Positions 21,244-30,073 of a DNA stretch of 64,000 bases are shown piece by piece (within the stretch, counting starts at the first letter, position 1; each line of letters starts with the position of its first letter). Position numbers and translations under genes: made by a program. The notes under the pieces are model-generated. The model did no database searches and was not told where the DNA came from. It worked only from the letters and a program-made list of their open reading frames with translations. The DNA is from an uncultured delta proteobacterium (lineage in GTDB: Bacteria; Myxococcota_A; Polyangia; Polyangiales; JAFGIB01): positions 224,001-288,000 of the forward strand of contig CAVZVA010000009.1 of the NCBI GenBank assembly GCA_963778655.1, given 5' to 3'.

Positions 21244-22055
21244 CCGGGACGCGACTGCCGAAGCTCGGCGAGATGCGGAGGTTGTACGTGGCGCAGGGCA
21301 GGGCGCTGCCCAAGGCGCTCGAGGCCGCGCTGCAGGCCGATCCGCGTGCCGGCGCGCGCGCCGTGCTGGAGGCGGTGCAGCGCCGGCGGCGCGCGCGCCG
21401 TGCCGAGGCGCAGCGCCTGCGCCGGCTGTGCCGTTACGAGCGCGAGCTGTGGGCGCAGGGCGTGCTGCGCATCGCCGGCGTGGATGAGGCGGGCATGAGC
21501 CCGCTGGCCGGTCCGGTGGTCGCCGCGGCCGCTGTGCTGCCGGTCGGCTACCGCCGCGCCGGGATCGACGACTCGAAGAAGCTCGGCCCGCGGCAGCGCG
21601 AGGAGCTGGCGCTGCACATCAAGCACGAAGCGCTGGCGTGGGCGGTGGGCGTGGCCGAGCCCGACGAGATCGACCGCATCAACATCTACCGCGCGGGGCT
21701 GCTCGCGATGCGGCGCGCGGTCGAGGCGCTGGCGCTGCGCCCCGACTATCTGCTGATCGACGCGCGCTCGTTGCGCGAGCTGGCGATCCCGCAGCGCGGC
21801 ATCATCGGCGGCGACGCCGCGAGCATCTCGATCGCGGCTGCTTCGATCCTGGCCAAGACCACGCGCGACGCCCGCATGCGCGAGCTCGACGCGCGCTATC
21901 CCGGCTACGGATTCGCGCGCCACAAGGGCTACCCGGTGCGCGCGCACGTGCGCGCAATTGCGGAGCGCGGGGTGTCGCCGATCCACAGGCGCTCGTTCGC
22001 GCCGGTGCGCGAGGCGCTCGGGCTCGAGCCGGCGCAAACCGAGCTGCCGGTCTGA
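21240..22055 (+). CDS. rnhB: Ribonuclease HII
   Basis: ATGA overlap with nth; [47 protein letters not shown]. Confidence 0.93.
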   Translation: MTGTRLPKLGEMRRLYVAQGRALPKALEAALQADPRAGARAVLEAVQRRRRARRAEAQRLRRLCRYERELWAQGVLRIAGVDEAGMSPLAGPVVAAAAVLPVGYRRAGIDDSKKLGPRQREELALHIKHEALAWAVGVAEPDEIDRINIYRAGLLAMRRAVEALALRPDYLLIDARSLRELAIPQRGIIGGDAASISIAAASILAKTTRDARMRELDARYPGYGFARHKGYPVRAHVRAIAERGVSPIHRRSFAPVREALGLEPAQTELPV

Positions 22056-22287
22056 AGCAAGAGCAAAAGCATATAGAAAGCTAAGCAGCGCGAGCAGCGG
22101 GCGTCGCGCGCGTGCCGAATCGGGTCGCGGGCGGCCAAAGCAGGGGCCCCATGAGCCATTTCAGACATCTCTCGACCACTGATCCCGTGGGTTGGTCGTG
22201 GGACGTGAAGTCAGGTTGCGCGTCGCAGAGGTCGAGCCATCGCTCGAGTCGGTTGCACATGCGCGCACAGCCTCGCGCCACGTCAAT

Positions 22288-22306
22288 GCTTGAGCTATGT
22301 TCAAGC
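22288..22306. promoter_or_regulatory. Palindrome, candidate regulator site
   Basis: GCTTGA-N7-TCAAGC just upstream of the GAGGAG RBS of the 22329 gene. Confidence 0.3.
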
Positions 22307-22328
22307 GCTGTACGAGGAGACTCTGGGT

Positions 22329-24539
22329 ATGGTGAGCAAGCGTGGGTGGATTGGGTTGGCGGTCGTGTGCGCATTGTGGGCCGGCAGCGGCTGCTCGGGC
22401 GCAGCCGACTCGTCGAATGGGCGCAACGACACGAATCCGATGGCCAACGGCACGGGCGGTGCGGGCGGCATCGCCAGCGGCACCGGCGGGACGGCCGACT
22501 TCGGCAACAATCAAGGCAGCAACGTGCCGCCCGGCACGGTGATGATGGCGCCGCCTCCACCGACCATCGATCCGTCGGCCGCGCCCTATGCTCAGGACGA
22601 CACCGCGATGAGCGGGCTCGATCCCAACACCATCACCGCGCTCAAGGGTGGCGGTGGAGCCTGCGCCGTCACCGTGACCTACCCCTACGAGGGCACGATG
22701 TTCCCCGGCGGCCTGGCCTCCCCGATCATCATGTGGACGGGCGCGGCCGACGCCGTCTACGTGCACTTCACCTACGACCAGAGCGACAAGGTCGACTACC
22801 AATTCGCCGCGGCGGGTGCAAACCCCGGTGAGCTCCAGATTCCGCGCACCGCCTGGAACGAGATTACGCGCCGCACCAACAACCAGAACCTCAACGTCAC
22901 GCTCAACACCATCAGCGGCGGCACGGTCGGCAGCTGCGCGATGCACTGGCGCATCGCGCCTGGCAACATGGTCGGCGCCATCTACTACAACACCTACCAA
23001 GCCCCGCCACCGGGCGTGATGGACGAGGGCGCGGTGATGCAGCTCTCGCTGGGCTCGACGGCGGTGATCTACAAGCAGTTCACCGGCACCATCAACGCCG
23101 TCCCCTCCGAGGGCCCATGCTACTCGTGCCATTCGGTCTCCTTCGACGGGAGGACGCTGGTCGCGTCCTTCCACGACTACAGCCTCAAGCAGTTTCACGT
23201 CGAGAAGTACGACGTGACGATGATGACGCAACCGATGGCGACGGGCATGGTCAACAACGCCAACTTCGGCGCGCTGACGCCGAAGGGCGATCGCATCCTG
23301 GCGATGGGCAATCCCGAGTGCACCGCCGGCTCCGACACCTTCCCGCGCAAGCCGAACAACTTCCCCCTGGTCGAAGGTCCCGCGGTGGCGCGCGTGCTCG
23401 ACACGGCGACCGGCATGGACACCGGCGCCCAGGGCCTGAACCCGGACTACTACATGTGGATGCCACAGTTCTCGCCCAACGGCGACAAGGTCGTGTTCAA
23501 CCACGCCAAGCCCGACGGCCAAGGCGGCACCGACCGGCGTGAGCTGGCGATCATGGACTACGACGACGCCAGCAACACCTTCTCCAACCTGCAGGTGATC
23601 GTGTCGGCCGGCAGCATGCCGGGAATCGTCGCGCCCTCGACCGACTATTCGCCCGTGCCTGCGCTCGCCGGCCAGGTGCCGTGCGGCGTGGACATGTGCG
23701 GGCCCGACCCGATGTCGACCACCGCGTGCGATCCGAGCATGCTGCCGATACCGGGCATTCCCGGCGACGTCGGGGCGATTCCCGGCGGTAGCTGCACCGG
23801 CCCATGCTATCCGGCCTGGCCGTTCTTCACGCCGGACGGCAAGGCCGTGGTGTTCTCGATGATCAGCGAGCCCGACTTCGCGCAGGCCTTCCCCGGGCGC
23901 GATACGCCGTCGCTGAGCGAGCTGTGGTACGTCGATCTCGACACGCTGGAGACGGTGCGGCTGGACAACGCCAACACCGGTCTCAAGGACATCGACAAGC
24001 TCAACAACTACTACCCGACCGTGATGCCCGTCGCCGTCGGCGGCTACTTCTGGGTGTTCTGGACGGCGGTGCGCGACTACGGCGACAAGCTCGCCGGGCG
24101 TGACCCGAACATGGCCGTCAGCGACGCGATCGCCGAGGCGATCAAGAAGCGCATCTGGGTGGCCGCGATCAAGCCCAAGCTCCCGCCGGTCATGACCGGC
24201 GAGGTGCAGACCGTCCCGCAGACTGGACCGCTCACCGATCCCAGCTTGCCGGGCTTCTATCTCGACGGCCAGAGCGAGTCGGGCAACGTGCGCGCCTTCG
24301 CCGCGCTCAACCCGTGCCTGGACAACGGTGCTACCTGCACCAGCGGCCTGGACTGTTGTTGCGGCTACTGCCTGGAGGACGACGGTCAGACGCAGGGCAC
24401 CTGCAGCTGCGAGGTGCCCAAGTGCGCCAAGATCAACGACAAGTGCACGACGAACGCCGACTGCTGTCCCCCGTTGCACGAAACCGATTCCACGCCGCTG
24501 TGCATCGGCGGCTTCTGCAACTTCATCGCTCCGAGATAG
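22329..24539 (+). CDS. Lipoprotein with TolB/PD40-like propeller and Cys-rich C-terminus
   Basis: GAGGAG RBS; lipobox WAGSGC; YPYEGTMFP; PD40-like PQFSPNGDKVVF, PFFTPDGKAVVF; C-terminal CLDNGATCTSGLDCCCGYC..CTTNADCC. Confidence 0.85.
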   Translation: MVSKRGWIGLAVVCALWAGSGCSGAADSSNGRNDTNPMANGTGGAGGIASGTGGTADFGNNQGSNVPPGTVMMAPPPPTIDPSAAPYAQDDTAMSGLDPNTITALKGGGGACAVTVTYPYEGTMFPGGLASPIIMWTGAADAVYVHFTYDQSDKVDYQFAAAGANPGELQIPRTAWNEITRRTNNQNLNVTLNTISGGTVGSCAMHWRIAPGNMVGAIYYNTYQAPPPGVMDEGAVMQLSLGSTAVIYKQFTGTINAVPSEGPCYSCHSVSFDGRTLVASFHDYSLKQFHVEKYDVTMMTQPMATGMVNNANFGALTPKGDRILAMGNPECTAGSDTFPRKPNNFPLVEGPAVARVLDTATGMDTGAQGLNPDYYMWMPQFSPNGDKVVFNHAKPDGQGGTDRRELAIMDYDDASNTFSNLQVIVSAGSMPGIVAPSTDYSPVPALAGQVPCGVDMCGPDPMSTTACDPSMLPIPGIPGDVGAIPGGSCTGPCYPAWPFFTPDGKAVVFSMISEPDFAQAFPGRDTPSLSELWYVDLDTLETVRLDNANTGLKDIDKLNNYYPTVMPVAVGGYFWVFWTAVRDYGDKLAGRDPNMAVSDAIAEAIKKRIWVAAIKPKLPPVMTGEVQTVPQTGPLTDPSLPGFYLDGQSESGNVRAFAALNPCLDNGATCTSGLDCCCGYCLEDDGQTQGTCSCEVPKCAKINDKCTTNADCCPPLHETDSTPLCIGGFCNFIAPR

Positions 24540-24728
24540 CGTAAGGGAGCCGCCCCGTGCAGGGCTGCGGCCGCGGCTCCGGCAGTGTCGCGCGCGCCCG
24601 ACGGGCGCGCGTTGACTTCGCCGCACATCGGGGGCGGGTGCCTTCTCGGACGCACCTCGGCTCCACGCTCATCGGGACCAATCCATGCTTTGGTGATCGT
24701 GGAATGTTACACTTCGATTAACTCGCCG

Positions 24729-25283
24729 ATGCGCGCCGCCCGACGACAGATGGCTTTCACCCTGATCGAGCTGATGGTGGTCGTGGCCATCCTGGGGGTT
24801 CTGGCCGCCATCGCGATCCCGAGCTTCACCTCGTACGTCCGCCGCGCGCGTTCGAGCGAGGCGGTGCAGAACCTCAGCACGTTGTACGCTTCGGCGGCCG
24901 CGCTCTACCTCTGGGAGCGGGCCGAACGCGGCGTTACCGCCACGGTGGTGACCAGCTGCATCGCCGAGCCGACGCCGCGCACGCCCAGCGTGCCTGGCCG
25001 CGAAAAGCAGCCGTTCGTGTCCGTGGGGGGCTTCCTGCAGCTGGGCTTCAAGCTGGCGGACCTGGTCTACTACGGCTATGGCTTCGACAGCGTGGGCACC
25101 GTGGGCAAGCTCGCCTGCTTTCCGGGCGGGCTCGGCAACAGCCCCAACCTCTACACCTTCTATGCCAACGGCGATCTCGACGGGGACGGCACGCTGAGCA
25201 CGTTCGAGCTCGCGGTAGGCTCGAGCGAGACCAATCAGCTCTACCACTCACGCGGAATGTACATCGTCAACGAGACCGAGTGA
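24729..25283 (+). CDS. Type IV pilin (PilA-like)
   Basis: Class III signal MRAARRQMA|FTLIELMVVVAILGVLAAIAIP, EAVQNL, C-terminal GDLDGDG. Confidence 0.9.
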   Translation: MRAARRQMAFTLIELMVVVAILGVLAAIAIPSFTSYVRRARSSEAVQNLSTLYASAAALYLWERAERGVTATVVTSCIAEPTPRTPSVPGREKQPFVSVGGFLQLGFKLADLVYYGYGFDSVGTVGKLACFPGGLGNSPNLYTFYANGDLDGDGTLSTFELAVGSSETNQLYHSRGMYIVNETE

Positions 25284-25294
25284 CCGCGGCGGGC

Positions 25295-25528
25295 TCAGCG
25301 TCGCGGCGGCGTCGAGCTGAGCCGCGCGCGCGAGGACTCCTTGCTGAGCAAGAACTTGCCGTCGCGGCGGATCAGGCGATAGCGGGTTCCTTCGTTGAGC
25401 TCGACGTGGACACCGCCTCCGCTCTTGACGATCTCGGCGAGCAACGCCAGCACATCCGCGTCGCTGAGCGCCACCCCGGCCAGGCTGCTCAGCTTGCTGC
25501 GAATGTATTCGAGGTCTGTTTCGGTCAC
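25295..25528 (-). CDS. Small hypothetical protein (about 77 aa)
   Basis: 3' part of ORF 25295..25990 from GTG (VTETDLEYIRSKL...RYRLIRRDGKFLL) has coding-like codon use; start uncertain (25528 or 25558). Confidence 0.55.
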   Translation of the reverse strand: MTETDLEYIRSKLSSLAGVALSDADVLALLAEIVKSGGGVHVELNEGTRYRLIRRDGKFLLSKESSRARLSSTPPRR

Positions 25529-25789
25529 GCCTGTCGCGCCTCGAGGCAATCCACTCACGGTAATACGGCCTTTTTCGCGGAAAGCCAAGCGTGCGGTCAC
25601 GCGGCTCAGCGCCCCGTGCCGCGTCGTCCGAGCACGTGATGCAAGCGCGAGGCTAGGGTCTTGAAGCAGTGCCAGCGCGATTTCCGATTCGGTGCCGACC
25701 AGCCCCGCGCAGGTGCCGATCGCGTGCCCCTCCACCACGGTTGCTTCTTGAGCGCGTCGTAGTATTCCACCGGCGGAAAGGCCGTCTCG

Positions 25790-26872
25790 ATGCCGACGCG
25801 CAGCTTGCCATCCTTGAACGCGCCCCAGCTCGAGGCGGTCGCGCCGTCGCAACCCGGTGCCGACGCTGCAACCCGGGAAACACGCGCGGCCGAGGCAGCC
25901 GCCAAGATCGTGGTGCTCGATGCGCACACCCTCAACCCGGGCGACCTGAGCTGGGCGCCGCTGCAGGCGCTCGGGCCGTGCGAGATCCACGCGCGCAGCG
26001 AGCGGGCAGAGAGCGTGGCGCGCGCGGCGGGCGCCGCGATCGTGCTGACCAACAAGACGCCGCTCGGTCGCGCGGAGCTCGGCGCGCTGCCGCAGCTGCG
26101 CTACGTCGGGGTGCTCGCCACCGGCTACGACGTGGTGGACGTGCGGGCCGCGGGCGAGCGCGGGGTGGTGGTGTGCAACGTGCCGGCGTACGGGACCGCG
26201 TCAGTCGCGCAGATGACGTTCGCGCTGCTGCTGGAGCTGTGCGATCAGGTCGGATTGCACGCCGAGGCCGCGCGCGCGGGGCGCTGGAGCGCGAGCGGGG
26301 AGTTCTCCTATCGCGAGCGGCCGCTGCTGGAGCTGTCCGGGCTCACACTGGGGCTGGTCGGCCTGGGGCGCATCGGTCAAGCGGTCGCGCGCATCGGTGC
26401 GGCGTTCGGCATGCAGCTGCTCGCCGTCTCCAGCCGGCTGCCACCGCCCGATCTCGTGCTGGAGCAATGCGCTCTGCCGGAGCTGTTCGAGCGGGCGGAC
26501 GTGGTCAGCTTGCACTGCCCGCTGGTCAAAGAGACCGCCGGGATGGTCGGCGCCGAGCTGCTCGGGCGGATGAAGCCGAGCGCGCTGCTGATCAACACCG
26601 CGCGCGGCGCGCTGATCGACGAGCTCGCGCTGGCCCGGGCGCTCGAGCGCGGCGCGCTCGGCGGCGCGGCGCTCGATGTGCTCGCGGTCGAGCCGCCGCC
26701 CGCGGACCACCCGCTGCTGCACGCGCCCCGCTGCCTGGTCACCCCGCACATCGCCTGGGCCACCCGCGCCTCCCGCGCCCGCCTGCTCGACATCGCGATC
26801 GACAACGTGCGCGCCTTCCTATCCGGCACCCCGCGCAACGTGGTCTCGCCCGCCACGCCATCCCAGTCGTAG
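25790..26872 (+). CDS. D-2-hydroxyacid dehydrogenase (glycerate dehydrogenase/HprA-like)
   Basis: KIVVLDAHTLNPGDLSW, LATGYDVVD, GLVGLGRIG, SLHCPL, INTARG, LDV, TPHIAW; start uncertain (conserved part begins about 25904). Confidence 0.92.
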   Translation: MPTRSLPSLNAPQLEAVAPSQPGADAATRETRAAEAAAKIVVLDAHTLNPGDLSWAPLQALGPCEIHARSERAESVARAAGAAIVLTNKTPLGRAELGALPQLRYVGVLATGYDVVDVRAAGERGVVVCNVPAYGTASVAQMTFALLLELCDQVGLHAEAARAGRWSASGEFSYRERPLLELSGLTLGLVGLGRIGQAVARIGAAFGMQLLAVSSRLPPPDLVLEQCALPELFERADVVSLHCPLVKETAGMVGAELLGRMKPSALLINTARGALIDELALARALERGALGGAALDVLAVEPPPADHPLLHAPRCLVTPHIAWATRASRARLLDIAIDNVRAFLSGTPRNVVSPATPSQS

Positions 26873-26947
26873 TCGTCGTCGGTCGTGGCCGCATCGCGTA
26901 CGACTACGAGCGCGATCGTCTTCGTAGTCGTGCGGGTCCTCGTCCTC
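26867..26947. repeat. REP-like repeat, family C
   Basis: TCGTAGTCGT (26867-76), its inverse ACGACTACGA (26900-09), TCGTAGTCGT (26922-31); between convergent genes. Confidence 0.6.
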
Positions 26948-26955
26948 AAACCCCC

Positions 26956-28101
26956 TCACAGCCCCTCGAAGCCGTGCTCCAGCAGCCCCTTGGCCAGGCT
27001 TGCGCGCAGCACGTCGGATGCGCCCTCCGCCAGCAGCAGCGCCTGCAGCTCGCGGTGCAGGCGCTCGAGCGGGTGCCCCGTGACCAGCGCCTGTCCGCCT
27101 TCGAGCGCGATCGCGCGGTCGACCACCTGCAGCGCGCTCTCGGTGCACAGCACCTTGGCGGCGAGCGCCTGGTTGCGCGCGTCCTGCCCCAGCGCGTGCA
27201 GGCGCGCGCTGCGGTACAGCACGCTGCGGCCGGCGTAGACCGCGATCGCCATGTCCGCGAGCCGCAGGCGCACCGCGGCATCGTCGCCCAGCGGCGGGCC
27301 GCTCGCGCGCGGCTGGCTCACGCGCCTGCGCGCGTGGGCGAGCGCGTGCTGCGCGGCTCCGCTGGCTCGCGCCGCCACCTGCAGCCGCACGGTCGCAAGG
27401 CCCTGCTGCGTGCGCGTCGCGCCGCTCCTGTCTTCGGGCAGCAGGCGCTGCTCCGGCACGCGCACATCGTGCAGCGCGAGCTCCACGTGATGGCTGCCGT
27501 CGAGGCTCTGGAAGCGCCGCTCGATGGTCAAGCCCGGCGTGTCGCGGTCCACGACCACGAGCGCGCGCGGCCCCGGCTCGCCCGAAGGCTGCACCAGTTG
27601 TGCCAGCACCAGGTAGAAGTCCGCGTCTGCGCCCCCGGTCACGTAGGACTTGCGGCCGTTCAGACACAGCGTGCCGCCCGCGCGCTGCGCCCGCGTGGGC
27701 GGCACGTCGCGCGGCTCCGTGATCGCGAGCGCGCCGCGCTTGTCGCCCCCCAGCAGCGGCAGCAGATAGCGCTCGCGCAGCACGCCCTCCACGCCCGCGA
27801 GCAGCCCTGGACCCGGCCCCAGCGCGAAGCGCGCCAGCCGCAGACCGCTGCGCGCGAGCGCCTCGATCACGATCACACGCTCCAGCGCAGCGGCTTCCGC
27901 GCCGCCCTCAGCGGCTGGCTGTAGCAGGCCGTACAGCCCGGCACGCCGCGCACGCGCCACTGTTTCCTGGCGCGCGGCGGGCGGCACCTCGGCTCCCGGT
28001 TCCTGCGGCAGCGTCTGCTCCAGCGGCGCCAGCTCCTGCGTCACGAAGGCCTCGACGCGGGCGAGCAGCACGCGCTGCTCCGGGCTGAGCATCTCCGGCA
28101 T
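26956..28101 (-). CDS. Acyl-CoA dehydrogenase family protein
   Basis: ALAITEP, LNGRKSYVTGG, KVLCTE, GGQAL, LAEGASDVLR. Confidence 0.9.
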   Translation of the reverse strand: MPEMLSPEQRVLLARVEAFVTQELAPLEQTLPQEPGAEVPPAARQETVARARRAGLYGLLQPAAEGGAEAAALERVIVIEALARSGLRLARFALGPGPGLLAGVEGVLRERYLLPLLGGDKRGALAITEPRDVPPTRAQRAGGTLCLNGRKSYVTGGADADFYLVLAQLVQPSGEPGPRALVVVDRDTPGLTIERRFQSLDGSHHVELALHDVRVPEQRLLPEDRSGATRTQQGLATVRLQVAARASGAAQHALAHARRRVSQPRASGPPLGDDAAVRLRLADMAIAVYAGRSVLYRSARLHALGQDARNQALAAKVLCTESALQVVDRAIALEGGQALVTGHPLERLHRELQALLLAEGASDVLRASLAKGLLEHGFEGL

Positions 28102-28203
28102 GGCGCGATGGTTGCACCGGGCCGGCGGCGCGCACAACCCGCTTGACGGCCAGGCGCCCGGCTCTGTAATGCTGCGCGGGCGCGCCTGCGCGAAGATCCG
28201 GAG

Positions 28204-28998
28204 ATGAGCAGCCACTTCGACCGCGACACCGCGCTGCAGCCGTTGGGCGAGGGCCGCTTCGCGGGCAGCATAAGCCGCGACTTCTGGGTTCAATCCGGTC
28301 CCAACGGCGGCTACCTCTCGGCGATCGCGTTGCGCGGCGCGAGCGCGCTGGTGCCCGAGCCCGAGCGCATCGCGCGCTCGCTGCACGTGCGCTTTCTGAC
28401 GCCCCCCAAGGCCGGCGGCTTCGAGCTGCACGCGCAGAGCGTGCGCCAGGGTCGCTCGATGACCACGATCGGGGTGCGCATGCGCCAGGCTGGCCACGAC
28501 TTCCTGCTGGCCAGCGCCAGCTTCAGCACGCCGTTCTCGTCGATCGCGTTCCAGGACTGCCGCATGCCGCAGGCGCTTCCGCTTGCGCAGAGCGAGCCGG
28601 TCGACAAGCAAATCGCGCTCAATCAGCGCTACGACATGCGGCGCGCGATCGGCGATGCCTCCCGCAGCGGCGAGCGCGCGCTGAGCGGCGGCTACCTGCG
28701 CTTCGCGGATCCGCGTCCGGTCGACGCGCTGTCGCTGGCGGCGATGTGGGACGCGTGGCCGCCCGCGGTGTTCGCGCGCAAGCTTGAGCAGCGCTTCCGC
28801 GGCGCCGCCCCCACGGTCGAGGCCAGCGTGTACTTCAGGCGCGCGCTGCCGCTGCCAGGAGCCACGCCCACCGACTGGGTGCTGCTGCGCGTCGAGAGCA
28901 GCATGGCGCTCGACGGTTTCGTGGAGGAGAGCGCCGAGATCTGGTCGCTCGACGGCTTGCTGCTGATGCAGAGCCGCCAGCTGGTGTTGCTGCTGTGA
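28204..28998 (+). CDS. TesB-like acyl-CoA thioesterase family protein
   Basis: FDRDTAL, GPNGGYLSA, SLHVRFL, VRQGRS, DAWPP, PTVEASVYF, QSRQL. Confidence 0.88.
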   Translation: MSSHFDRDTALQPLGEGRFAGSISRDFWVQSGPNGGYLSAIALRGASALVPEPERIARSLHVRFLTPPKAGGFELHAQSVRQGRSMTTIGVRMRQAGHDFLLASASFSTPFSSIAFQDCRMPQALPLAQSEPVDKQIALNQRYDMRRAIGDASRSGERALSGGYLRFADPRPVDALSLAAMWDAWPPAVFARKLEQRFRGAAPTVEASVYFRRALPLPGATPTDWVLLRVESSMALDGFVEESAEIWSLDGLLLMQSRQLVLLL

Positions 28999-29090
28999 CC
29001 GGGAGGGGCACGCGCCCCTCCCGCCCGCGGCCCTGCGGGCGAAGCCGTTGGGGCCCCACCCACCCGCGTGGCTCGCTCTGCTCGCACGCG
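28995..29090 (-). repeat. REP/MITE-like repeat, family B
   Basis: Reverse complement closely matches 54108-54195 (CCACGCGG..GGGTGGGGCCCCAACGGCTT..GGCGGGAGGGGCGCGTGCCCCTC). Confidence 0.8.
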
Positions 29091-29125
29091 GGCGCAGCGC
29101 GGAGCGCGCGCCCCTCCCTCCCGCT

Positions 29126-30073
29126 TCAGGGCGAGCAGCGGTTGGTGCGACAGCGGGGTAGGGTAGGGTCGCTGCAGTCGCGGTTGGAGCTGCACTCCAC
29201 GCAGGTGTTCTGCCGGCAGCGCGGCGTCGACGGGCTGGTGCAATCGGCGTCCGCGCTGCACTGCACGCACTGCCCGCTCTGGCACAGCGGCTGCGCGGCG
29301 GGGCAGTCGAGCGCGCTCGCACACTGCGTGCACTGCCCGTTGGCGCCGCACACCGGAGCGCCGGCCGCGCAGTCGGCGTTGCTCAGACACGACACGCACG
29401 CTCCCTCCGGCGTGCACAGCGGATGCGGCACGGAGCAGTCGGCGTTGGACTGACAGCGCGGGTGACAGCGCCGATCGGAGCCGCACGCGCTGGTCGAGGG
29501 GCACTCGGCGTCGACCAGACATTGCACGCATTGGCCCGTCAGCAAGTCGCAGGCGGGGTCTTGCGCGCTGCAGTCGGCGTCGCTGGCGCAGGCGCCGCAG
29601 CGCTCGGTCAGCGGCGAGCAGTTCGGCCGCGCGCCGCTGCAGTCTGCGCTGCTGCGGCAACCGACGCAGGCCTGCAGCGCGAGCTCGCAGTGCGGCGCCA
29701 GCGCCGAGCACTGCGCGTCGCTGCTGCACGCCGCGACGCACAGGCGGGTGGCTGGATCGCAGGCCTGCCCCGCGCCGCAATCGCTGGCAGCGGCGCACTC
29801 TGCACAGCGGCCGATCGCCGCGGCGCAGACCGCGCCGCCGCGCGCGGCGGTGCAGTCTGCGTTGCTCGCGCATTGCAGACAACCGACGCCCGGGGCGCAG
29901 CCGAGCGGGCAGCGCGCCGCGCTCGCGCTGCAGGTTCCGATCGGACCGCTCGAGCCGGAGCTGGAGCACGCCTGCGTGCTCAGCACGAGCGCCGCGCTCA
30001 GCAGCGAGGCGAGCACGACGGGCACTCGCCCGCGCGATTGCAGCCCGCGCGATCTGGGCGGAGGCATGGTCAT
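29126..30073 (-). CDS. Cys-rich repeat lipoprotein (about 11 CxxCxxxxDC repeats)
   Basis: Signal ending LSTQAC; repeats CLQCASNADC, CAECAAASDC, CVGCRSSADC, CVQCSADADC, CVECSSNRDC; ATGA overlap with pyrE stop. Confidence 0.85.
   Translation of the reverse strand: MTMPPPRSRGLQSRGRVPVVLASLLSAALVLSTQACSSSGSSGPIGTCSASAARCPLGCAPGVGCLQCASNADCTAARGGAVCAAAIGRCAECAAASDCGAGQACDPATRLCVAACSSDAQCSALAPHCELALQACVGCRSSADCSGARPNCSPLTERCGACASDADCSAQDPACDLLTGQCVQCLVDAECPSTSACGSDRRCHPRCQSNADCSVPHPLCTPEGACVSCLSNADCAAGAPVCGANGQCTQCASALDCPAAQPLCQSGQCVQCSADADCTSPSTPRCRQNTCVECSSNRDCSDPTLPRCRTNRCSP

Noticed and set aside
22288..22306. Palindrome as HspR HAIR or LexA box
   Set aside because: Spacing and arms do not fit CTTGAGT-N7-ACTCAAG or the M. 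xanthus LexA consensus; kept only as a generic palindrome.
22056..22328. tRNA, riboswitch or other ncRNA in the larger intergenic gaps (also 36050-36513, 54196-54469)
   Set aside because: No cloverleaf, T-loop or riboswitch consensus recognised by eye; an Infernal/Rfam scan would be needed to exclude one.
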